Assembly (NCBI RefSeq): GCF_037042905.1
Contig: NC_087255.1
Location: 14,074,001-14,138,000, forward strand
Reading direction: 5' to 3'
DNA length: 64,000 bases
Origin: Lytechinus pictus
Taxonomy: Eukaryota
Made by a program: the position numbers and the translations under genes. A model generated the notes under the pieces. The model was not told where the DNA came from and did no database searches. It was given only the letters and a program-made list of their open reading frames with translations. Position 1 is the stretch's first letter, and the number at the start of each line of letters is the position of its first letter. This document shows, piece after piece, positions 54,105 to 64,000 of this stretch.

Positions 54105-54518
54105 ACGAATCTTCAATACTTATAAACGACGAGACGTTTTACTTCAGTGTCTACACTTGGGTCTACGATTATCAAAGACTTTACAGAGATTGGCTCTTCG
54201 AAACGAACACTGGAAATAGCTTTCGTGTTGACCTGTATATAAACGTGGAATGCTATAACTATTACTGTAGACAAGGTCATGAAGGTGGACATGATGGAGT
54301 GTTCAGTCTTATTATTGGGACAGGAAAAGATTCAACCAACCAGGAGTCAGTTGTTCAAACATTCACTACCGAGATTACTTATTGGCCATACTTTAGGAGT
54401 TATGAAGAGTTGTATGTTGACAGCCAAGAAATATGGATTGTTTTGATTGGTCCGCAGTTTGTTGGATATGGTGACAACAGCGCAATTAATTTAGAAATAA
54501 ATGGCGTTAACATGTCTG
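54105..54518 (+). CDS. Exon A12: CUB-like domain (most divergent)
   Basis: TAG/GTGAGT; 414 nt; LIIGTGKD and EIWIVL motifs. Confidence 0.83.
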
Positions 54519-55848
54519 GTGAGTATTTAATTAACATGAATTAGACTGATACAAGTGTTTTATTTGATCGATGGTTCCGTGCCGCTAAAATAGCCCGGGA
54601 AGGCCCGGGCTATTTAAATTTACCCCTCAAACTCCTTCCCCGCCTAGATCATTAGAATGTATATAACTGAGGAGGCGTTCGTTCGTTCGTAAAAAAATAA
54701 GTCAATGTAATAATCGCAATTTAAGGACCGCCATAAAGCCGAAGCGTGAATAATGATATCAATCTGAAAAAAAATATTTTGAATAAGTAACCCACCCATT
54801 CTTATTAAGTTTATAATCGAAATAATTATGACCAATATTTAGTCCTAATTCTACATGTCTTAGCTTAGGCCAAGGTAATTTGGTAGCCAAGAACTTGTCA
54901 TTTCGTAATTTTACTGATTTTAAAGTATTTTTCACTTTAATCGCAAGTTTAGTGGGTCATATAATTGTGGTCTGAGCGAGATGCTCCTGAGTGGGTAGGA
55001 TAAAAAAGTTGAAATGAGGATTCATATATCCGTACTGTTTTCATACAAACGGAAGCTTCTTTATTACGATACGAAAACAGGGGCTGTTATTATTTGAAAA
55101 CAATTCGTCTTAAATCCCTTTTGAATGAATTTACATAAGTGGGCACATCCGTGGCTGTACGCAGACCCCCCCCCCCCCCCCTGGAAAAGGGGGCGGCGAG
55201 ACGCACACATATTTTTTGAAGAAACTCGAGATTGACGGAGCTTGTCATGGGGACCTTTGCGTGTTTTGATGTGAAATTGGAGGATTTTATGTACACTTCT
55301 GGTGAATTTTGTAAAAGTTAGGTAAAAGAGGGAAGTTTTTAAAGTCCCCCACCCCCACTGCGTATACGGTCGTAAGCACAGTCGGAAAGATAATCGTGTC
55401 GGTGAAAATTTAATGAAAACGAATGTGCATAAGAGACTTGAGCTTGACAAAGCTCCAGAGGTAAGTTGTTCCCCATGAAGTCGAAATCAAAATGAAACTT
55501 TTAAAACAAAAACATGTATGACACGCAAACTACACCTTGTAAATCACGTCTTCACTTATTTAACCCAAAATGATAGGGTATTTGGTGGGGATTGGACTCT
55601 TTGAGAACGTATTTTCGATCAAAAATCCATTTTGCAAGGCATTATGAGATAATGTAAGCATGGTAAATTTGACTTATCTTTAATTAGTCATTCTTATTTA
55701 AGCACAACTGGGACCCCCCCCCCCCCTTCTCACTTCGCGGGCTGGTATCCGCAAAAGCTTTTGTAATTTTGATTTTTTAATTCGTAATTTCACTTATCTT
55801 ATATGTAAAATATAACTTTCTTTTGTATTTAATATCATATATGTGTAG

Positions 55849-55947
55849 GATGGATACCATGCAAGGATTCAAAAACAAGTGTGTCTCCAGATTACGCATG
55901 TAACGGTCGGTACGAATGCGACGATTACGGAGATGAAATATCATGTG
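55849..55947 (+). CDS. Exon B12: LDLa module (WIPCKDSKTSVSPDYACNGRYECDDYGDEISC)
   Basis: TAG/GTAAGG; 99 nt. Confidence 0.87.
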
Positions 55948-56377
55948 GTAAGGGACTGTTAGACTGCTATTACATTTAAACAGTTATGACTAAACTTCTA
56001 AATACTTGTATACTAAAGAATCAGAAAAAGAAAGGCGCCATTTGTGTCTAACTCGTAAAGAATAATCGATCATGTGAATTTCAATGGTATTAGTTGGTTA
56101 AGTCAAGATTAAGCTCAAAACATAATGTTAAGGGGTCTAGATACTAGATATTGATATGAAACTGAAGAACCGTTCTAAGTTAAATCAAGATACCTCCCCC
56201 CCCCCCCCCCCTGGATTGGGTAAAAATAAATGGTGAGGTTCGTATTTACTCTTATTGAAAGGATATAAAGCAAATTATAGAATAAGCAAAATAATATGTA
56301 TATATACACTTTCAATAAAAGTAAATCCCAACCTCACACACAGGATGAGAATATGGGGGAAAATGAAGTGTGACCAG

Positions 56378-56536
56378 TGGGTCGTTTCATAAACCTGTTC
56401 GTAAGTTAAGAGCGACTTTAAGAACGACTGGTGATCCTTTCTTACGCGCTTAACCATCGCCAATGAATATATCATTTACCACAAGAAAGGATCACCAGTC
56501 GCTCTTAACTTACGAACAGCTTTATGAAACACCCAC
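56378..56536. mobile_element. Harbinger-like hairpin MITE (same family as 42832)
   Basis: Shared CGTAAGTTAAGAGCGACTTTAAGAA.GACTGGTGATCC. Confidence 0.7.
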
Positions 56537-56539
56537 CTG

Positions 56540-56806
56540 GGCCCCGTCTTATAAAGAGTTGCGATTGATCCGATCAATCACAACTATGGCAAGCTAGTAT
56601 CGTCAAAATCTACAATTCATGTTTGTTTTCAAATGTTTTCTCGATATTGTATATTTAAACATATATTGTTGTCTTGACAATTCAGTGTGCTCCCCTTTGT
56701 TTACAAAGGACGATGTGCAAATTTACTGTGGAAAAATATGACAATGATGGATTTCCATATAGTTGAGGTTTGATCGATCAATCGTAACTCATTGTAAGAT
56801 GAGGCC
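56540..56806. mobile_element. PIF/Harbinger-type MITE, TSD CTG
   Basis: CTG|GGCCCCGTCTTA...TAAGATGAGGCC|CTG. Confidence 0.75.
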
Positions 56807-57425
56807 CTGGTCTCTATTTACCGTTCTTAATTGATTTATTTTGTTTTTGTTTTTTAATCTGATATAAAATGCAACCACGAAAGAAAATTTTTTTAAAATG
56901 CCTTAAACATTTCAGGTGTCATAATAGATTATGCTAATAGCTAATTAAATACGAATAACGCACAAAGGTAATCGACTGTTCAAAAAGATTCATTGGCAGC
57001 TACACTTTTAAAAGATTGGCATGTACTTGAAGATAAGTACTTGATCTGTTTTCCAAAACTTTAGAGAGGAATCTTTGTGGGTATAGATGTGGGTACTTTT
57101 TTTTTTTTTTTACATATATGTACCTTTTACAAAGCAATTATTCATGAATTTATTTTATTAATGTAGATGATGAAGATATGGTTCTTTGTAATTTTCAACA
57201 TTTCTGCCTCTGAAAATACTCTCGTTGTAAGTTTACAAGTGTAATATTTGCTCTATATTGTTCTTGATTCTCTTTTCGTGTGTCAGGTTTGTTATACTTG
57301 TCTCTTCTAACGGAGCATTGAATAAATGAAATGAAATTGAATTTTTGAATTGAAATTAATACGCTTTTATTTTAACTTTAAAAATGTGCGCTGATTTAGT
57401 CTGCTGTTTATTGTGTTATTGACAG

Positions 57426-57776
57426 ATCGTTCACCGACCATCATCAGTGAAGGGGAATCTTATGCCATCTCAGATTTGGAATTGTTTGAACGGGAATACC
57501 ATGCCTTAATTATACAAACCAACCAATACTCTAGATTTCATATCAGGTTCCAACATATCTCTCTTGGCTGTTGTGATGAGCGTGTGCAGATCGGAACGGG
57601 GACTGATCTATCTGACGAAGATTCCGTTATAATGTCCATCCAGGGATATACGAATTATGTCGATGATGTTTATGTGAATACTACCCACATGTGGCTTGTC
57701 ATGACTGGTCATAAGGACTCTGACAACTATCCTAATGGTCATGTCGATATGATTGTCACTGCTACCTCTCTTTCTG
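57426..57776 (+). CDS. Exon A13: CUB-like domain (last; no LDLa follows)
   Basis: CAG/GTGAGT; 351 nt. Confidence 0.87.
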
Positions 57777-58438
57777 GTGAGTTTATTATGGTGGAGTTTT
57801 TTTAATTATATTTTCATGGTGGCATCCTTTAGGAGAGATGTTCAGATGACCAATTCCCTTCATGGGGATATCCTAAAGGATGTAGGTATGGCGAAATCCA
57901 AGATCATGTCATCCGATGATCTCTCTAATTGATGTGGACATGATGAGATCTGAGGTCCTGTCATATCTCTTCAGCAGGATGTTGACATGGCAACATTCGA
58001 GATCCCGCCATCTCAACCATCGTTTCTTCTACAAAAGTTGAAGAAACAACGAGACTAGAAATGCTGTAATCTTATCATCTTGTCTAGAGGGTGTTGACTT
58101 GACATGACTTGATCTTGGATATTGTACTGTGATCATCTCTTTTGCATGATGTCGACATGACAATATCCATGATCTAGTCATTTTGTCATCTTTCCTAAAA
58201 TGTTGATGTGAAGAGATGATTATCCGTACACCTGGCTGACGCGTACTGTATGTGTCAAAATTCAAATTCGAGGGGATCGGAGAAAACCTTTCAAGATAAA
58301 AAGTTTAATGTAAAGAAGCCCTCATGAGCTTGAATTTGAATTATCTGTATTTACACAGGAAAACTTTGAAGCACATGGTGGCTGATTCGAGTCGTTCTCA
58401 TTGTGATGACATTGTTAAAAACCCCAGCTTACAGTTCA

Positions 58439-59422
58439 AGGACAAGTCCAACCGAACAAAAAGTTGATTTGAATAAAAATAGAAGGATTTAACAAGCATA
58501 ACACTGAACATTTCATCAAAATCGGATGTAAAATAAGAAAGTTATGACATTTTAAATTTTCGATTAATTTCACAAAACAGTTAATGCACATCCTGGCTGG
58601 CGCATACATTCGTAATTCCGAAGCTTCGTTATTCCGAAGGTTCGGATATTCCGAAGGTTCGTTATTCCGAAGGTTCGTATTTCCGAAGGTTCGTCATTCC
58701 GAAGGTTCGTTAGTCCGAAAACGAATGATTAACGAACCTTATTTCGTTTTCGGACTAACGAACCTTCTGAACAACGAACCTTATTTCGTTTTCGGATTAA
58801 CGAGCCTTCGGAATTACGAACCTCACTTCGTTTTCGGACTAACGAACATTCGGAATTACGAACCTCATTTCGCTTTCGGACTAACGAACATTCGGAATTA
58901 CGAACCTCATTTCGCTTTCGGACTAACGAACCTTCGGAATAACGCCACAAATGTTCGGATTAACGAACCCTTTTATGTTTTCGGATCAACGAACATCGAG
59001 GTATAGGCAATTTACGTGTTTCGGAATTACGAAGTGTAACCCTGGCTGGTATGCAAATGAGACTATGAGGAGACTTTTGTATTTTATTATATGAAATATT
59101 ATAATTTTCTCCCCATTGTCAAGTGATACAACGATTAATTCCTCCCTGAACATGTGGAATTAGCATTGTTTAATAATATATGATTCAGTCAAGTTGGTCC
59201 TTATTGTAAAATCTATAAAGAAATGAAATATTGTATAATTCAAACAATAAAGAACAAAAGAAATAGTAAGTGATGGACATCATCGACTGACCTACCTAGT
59301 TGTGCATATCACTGATTTGTCATAACTTTCTTATTTTACATCCGATTTTGACGAAATTGTCAGCACTGTGCTATTTTAATCTATTTATTCAAGTCAGCAT
59401 TTTCCTGGGGTGGATTTAACCT
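58439..59422. mobile_element. Kolobok-type MITE interrupted by a foldback element
   Basis: AGGACAAGTCC...GGGGTGGATTTAACCT termini. Confidence 0.7.
58601..59040. mobile_element. Foldback MITE made of inverted arrays of TTCCGAAGGTTCG / ~39-bp repeats
   Basis: Flanked by direct repeat CCTGGCTGG (58592-58600, 59041-59049); arms TTCGTAATTCCGAA / TTCGGAATTACGAA. Confidence 0.8.
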
Positions 59423-60071
59423 TTAGGCTATGTTTTTGAAAGGAAACTCTAGGTGGAGGTGGATTTATTCCTTGAGTGCTTTAGCGTTTATAGCGGCTAA
59501 GGTTGTGATTATAACATGATTATACAAATGTACATAATATATTTATTTTATATGATTTTTGCTCAATAAAACATCATCTTACAACTGTATAGTTACCCTC
59601 TTAGATGATTTGGCCGGCATTTCTAGTATTTTTACCTGATTTTATGGCAACCTTGTCCTAGACAATACAGTTTGAAGAATTAAGTACCATCAGAATGTAT
59701 AAGAAATGCCTAGGTACTGTAGACATGGTAGGCCATACCATGTGTAAAGCAAGTTTATAGGCCATTAAAGCACGTTAGACATTCCTATAAAAAACGTGCC
59801 GATAATTCAAATCGAAAATATACTACAGACAACCCTATAACGGAAAACCCGCATTTATTAAATACATTTTGTGAAAAAAAAATGAATTCAAGCGTCTCTT
59901 TATGTTAATACTGTAATGATTATCAGGACACCCTACTAAACTGCTGAAGACCAACAAATCTTTACATTTGCGATTGTCTTTATTTCTGGTATTTCGATCC
60001 CACTTGATGCTAGAAAACTGGAATTGCCCTCGAGATTAGGTAGATTTTGTACGGTTTTCTTGATTTAAAAG

Positions 60072-60182
60072 GTGGATGTCTCTCAAACCCCTGTCTAAAC
60101 GGAGGAACTTGCAATCACATTGCTGATGGCGGATACCGATGTGACTGCATGAATACCTTTACCGGACTCAACTGTGAAATAG
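60072..60182 (+). CDS. EGF-like domain exon 1 (CLSNPCLNGGTC...CDC...TGLNCE)
   Basis: AAG/GTTTGT; 111 nt; six-Cys EGF pattern. Confidence 0.9.
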
Positions 60183-60680
60183 GTTTGTGCAAACTGGCAA
60201 AGCCCCCCCCCCCCCTCCCCCAAAATATATATATTTTTTTTGTTTTACACAGTTTGCCTTTCCTGGAAGATATCTCTGACTCATTTCACCTTTTATCTTA
60301 TGCTACGACCGTGATATATACGATATTTTGCCAGTTTTTTTTTTAATCTGACAGAGGTAAACACCAAATATTAGTTTTGATTGCACAGATGCTATTATCG
60401 GGCTTAACTGAATGACTTGTGTGCAACCAGGATAAGGTCATACGAAGAACACATAAATGTTTACAGTTTGCATTTTCTAAAAAGATATCATTTGGAAAAG
60501 TCTGTACAAAGTGAGCTTCATACGAATTTTGGGAGACTGTTGTGAATAATGCTTCAACGATTACATGTTGACTGAAATAGCATGCAGTGTGTCTTCCACT
60601 TCCTGAAAGAGTCATTACATATTCTTGGCCCTAGATTCCTATTAAACACTACTGTCTTCTTCCCCCCTATTCATTATTTA

Positions 60681-60712
<32 letters not shown>

Positions 60713-60717
60713 TACAG

Positions 60718-60843
60718 CAAACACCAATCCCTGTGTCGAACGAAATCCGTGTGTCCATGGTGTCTGCATTAACATAGGACAAGAACGGTACGAGTGCGAA
60801 TGCCAAGATAATTATGACGGGATTCATTGTGATGAACCCATTC
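60718..60843 (+). CDS. EGF-like domain exon 2
   Basis: CAG/GTAAGT; 126 nt; NPCVERNPCVHGVCIN...YECEC...GIHCD. Confidence 0.9.
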
Positions 60844-61275
60844 GTAAGTAATAGCATTCCTATCTCCATATTATAAATTATTGTTTCGGGCAAAGCATTT
60901 CAACTCAATGTTTTTATTTCACAACTAGCAAATATTTACCCGACGTTTATATCAAATTCATTACTGAGTTGAAGAAACATCAGCTTATTTAAGAGAAGAC
61001 TGATTGTTTTCGAAAGCTCTTTATTACGAAAATGAAACCCTCTCTTGGGTCTTATGTTAAAAGTTTCGTTGAATAATTATGTATAAACATGTCGTTCCAG
61101 ACATGGAAGACGATGCCCGAGCGACACGATAAAACCAAGTTTTTAAACATAGGCCTAATTATTTGTGACATTCTTGTTCTCCTATTGTCTTGCACACTTA
61201 CCACCATTGTCTTCTTCATCATTGTAATAATCGTTATCTTTCCATATTGCTCGCAATCTCATGGTCCTATTCTAG

Positions 61276-61548
61276 TTCCAATAGAGGTTTCTCAGCATCC
61301 GTCTAGCCAAATAGTCAATATCAATGCCATTGTAAACCTGACATGCGGTTTCAACCATGCCAAGCGTTACCACTGGTACAAAACTGTCAGGGAAGAGGGA
61401 TACGGTGTCCTTTTGCCAGACAGTGAGAATCGGAATCCATTGATAATCACGTCTGCCTCACACAATGACATCGGGTATTACTTCTGTAGAGGTGAAGGTA
61501 GAAATGGAGAAACTTTGGAGACGGCGCGAGCATCTGTATATCTTAGAG
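61276..61548 (+). CDS. Immunoglobulin (I-set-like) domain exon
   Basis: TAG/GTAAAT; 273 nt; HPSSQ..VNLTC..YHWYK..DIGYYFC. Confidence 0.9.
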
Positions 61549-62232
61549 GTAAATACAATCATCTAAGATGCAACCTTTTCGACTTTAGTTTAGATTTTTA
61601 CTTCCTCGGACTACCAGCTGGTACAGCTAGTTACCTTTGTTCTGGATGCTCTCGAATCCTAGCATTCTCGAAGAGTAAACCATGGCTTCTTACATGTATA
61701 TTGAATACCATTCATAACCAAAATCACCTATTTTTTATTTCCGTGTCATGGATCGACATAGTAGGTCTACCTTCTTAATAATCACATGATATTTCCTTTC
61801 TGCTCAAATTCCGGTTATGATTTTTTGTTGAAACATGACAATAAATTTGTTCTTACCTGAATCCCCTGAATGTAACACTAACCTTAAAGCAGATTCGAAC
61901 CAATAGCGCCATCTTGAGTCATCAGCTACTCATACCTGGCCAGTTTCTTGACCCATAATGTTAGTGTAGTCAAGTAATATAGACCCATTTAAATGATAAC
62001 ATGTTGATTAACTACTCAATACATTTATACCTCAATATTTATGTTACCAAGTATATCAAAACATTTTAGTTTCTCTATACAAATACAATTATAGGTCAGT
62101 TTATTATCTGTAGTATTAGTATACATGTATATCTGAAAACGTATATTTTAAGACTGTGTTTATAACACACAAGCAATGAGAGACCACACAGTACACCCCC
62201 CTTCCTTTTAATTCCTGTCTGTTTTTTTCCAG

Positions 62233-62345
62233 ATCTAACCAATTTAGAGGTTTTGAATGTTCGATTTGCTACTCCATTTCGCGAAGAGCTTCGTGACCAA
62301 ACTTCAATAATGTATAAAGAAACAGCTTCCTATATCACCACCTTT
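62233..62345 (+). CDS. Exon encoding N-terminal part of a SEA-like domain (LNVRFATPFREELRDQTSIMYKETAS)
   Basis: Long polypyrimidine tract+CAG, GTGAGT; F..eL.d..S..Y pattern typical of SEA. Confidence 0.72.
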
Positions 62346-62475
62346 GTGAGTTTTTACTGAGTTTTATTATCGGCAATTGTCGCAGAAAACCCCCCGATTC
62401 ATCATTCTGTTATTATGATGTGCTCCGATAACGATGATTGAGATCATATCTTAGAAACAATTTATGATATGAAAT

Positions 62476-62972
62476 CAGAGGCGTCGATCGTGGGGGGCAG
62501 GGGGGTGGGGCGATCGCCCCTCCAATGAAAATATGGGGGGGGGGCAAACATATCGTTTTGCCCCCCCCCCCCCAATAATTCCGCATGTGCAAAAAATAAA
62601 ATAAGATTATAATGTTACATAGAAATCAGCAAGCGAGATTGAGATACACAACTCGTTCTTCATCTAAAATCGTGCTCAAAATGTCCGCTTTTCAGATTAC
62701 AATATAAAAAAAATTCAGCTCGCGCTTCGCGCTCGCATCATTTCTGGAGCAAAAACCCATACTTTTCATGATTAAATAGGTGGATAGAATGTCCCGTTTT
62801 CAGTTCTCAACCCAAAAAGAACTCCTACTTTGATTTGCAATAATCTTTTGTTGGATATATATCTTGTTCTTTATTATAAAACGTCCATTACACTCAAGTT
62901 TTTTCAGATCGAAATATCAAAATTTTCAGCTCGCGCTTGCATTAATTTGTTGGTGAGATATGCATATATATG

Positions 62973-63007
<35 letters not shown>

Positions 63008-63123
63008 ATAGGCATATGTGTCTGTGTGTGAGTTTTATTTGTTTTGTGTGTGCGAGCGCCTTTGGAAAATTGATTCATGATTTTGCCCCTCCCCCCAATC
63101 TGAGAAATGGATCGACGCCCCTG
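62476..63123. mobile_element. hAT-type MITE with 8-bp TSD TATGAAAT
   Basis: CAGAGGCGTCGATC...GATCGACGCCCCTG; TSD 62468-62475 and 63124-63131. Confidence 0.82.
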
Positions 63124-63339
63124 TATGAAATCAAATCAGAAGTTATAATTCCATAATTAAGCTCCTGAACATTTTTTTTACAATCTCTTCTTTATTCCGA
63201 CATTAACGGATTTTGTTCATGTTTCTTCCGAAGTCACCTAGATGAAGTTCTGCATTGCTGAAGGGAACGATTTATATTCTCATTATTATTTTTTTATACA
63301 AGTTCACATCTAGTTACCAATAATGCATATAGCATTTCC

Positions 63340-63477
63340 ATTTATATGAAAGCAGGATAAAAGAGCATTGTATATTAAATGCCTTGCTCACGGGCATATC
63401 TGCCGCGGCCGGGGATCGAACCCCAGACTTTTTCATGTATAGCCAGGCGCCTTAGACCACTCGGCCAGGGCACCTCC
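63340..63477 (-). mobile_element. tRNA-derived SINE head (truncated)
   Basis: TGGCCGAGTGGTCTAAGG A box, GGTTCGATCCCC B box, followed by non-tRNA body CCCGTGAGCAAGGCA. Confidence 0.75.
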
Positions 63478-64000
63478 ACGAATTGAAGTTTAAAACGATC
63501 TATTTATTGAGATTTAGTACAGAACCAGTTCGAAGACAATGGATAAAGTTAAAGTATTTTATCCTAAAAAACATAAAGCATTATACTGGGGGTCTGAGGA
63601 AACAGTCGGACGATTGTTGTAATAAATTTGCATTTGTTGAATATTCTTCTCCGTCGTTTCTCAACAAACCTTCTAACGAGGATACTAATCAACTAGGTAA
63701 TGTAATTTCATTAAAGGGGAATCCAGCCTTGGCCATAAAATGTTGTATTGGGAAGGAGAAAAATAAATTAAACAGAATGGTGAAAGTTTGAAAGAAATCG
63801 GACAAGCAATAAGAAAGTTGAAGCCGTTTTAAAATTGAGATCACTAATACTATGTAGATTTCAAATTGGCAGCTGGGGAAGTAAATTATGACAAGAGGCA
63901 AGGACAACTTTCCCATAGGCCATGTACTTTATTATCAGGGATTTGTGGTTTTCTCCTAAGTACCCTTTCCCCTGGGGCAGTAATCTAAATATAACCCAAG

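Larger units (their letters stand above)
1..62345 (+). other. Multi-exon gene span (5' and 3' incomplete): (CUB-like + LDLa)n-CUB-like-EGF-EGF-Ig-SEA cell-surface protein, possibly adhesion-GPCR-like
   Basis: 30 exons with AG/GT boundaries splice into one open frame of ~6,512 nt; all introns are phase 1 except the last (phase 0). No signal peptide, TM or stop exon in window. Confidence 0.88.

Noticed and set aside
58584-59006. Repetitive 140-aa ORF
   Set aside because: Translation of the foldback MITE's internal repeats.
61089-61275. Apparent signal/TM segment upstream of the Ig domain
   Set aside because: Lies 5' of the acceptor at 61273-61275; intronic read-through, since EGF2 splices in frame to 61276.
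1-62345. Assigning a gene symbol (EBR1, cubilin, LRP, matriptase/enteropeptidase)
   Set aside because: No TSP1, YWTD or protease exons are visible and the domain order differs; the C-terminus is outside the window.

Overview
Eukaryotic, AT-rich animal genomic DNA; the repeat families and domain style suggest an echinoderm, probably a sea urchin (inference). The whole window lies inside one large plus-strand gene whose start and stop are outside the window. Thirty GT-AG exons join in one open frame (~6.5 kb, ~2,170 aa): a partial LDLa, then 12 x [divergent Cys-poor CUB-like domain + 4-Cys LDLa module], a 13th CUB-like domain, EGF, EGF, Ig and the start of a SEA-like domain. This is probably the ectodomain of a giant cell-surface receptor, possibly an adhesion GPCR. 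The 5' modules are recent, mosaic tandem duplicates whose introns are also homologous; the 3' modules are old and carry Tyr/Asp-rich variable loops. Introns are packed with transposons: a 9.1-kb TTAA-flanked Kolobok-like insertion; two related tyrosine-recombinase (Ngaro/DIRS-like) elements with gag, YR and SGNH remnants but no visible RT and with unusual Helentron-like ends; a nested insertion complex; a HINE/Helitron2; hAT-, Harbinger-, Tc1- and piggyBac-type MITEs; tRNA-SINEs; a 38-bp minisatellite; and several long perfect palindromes. All coordinates were read by eye.
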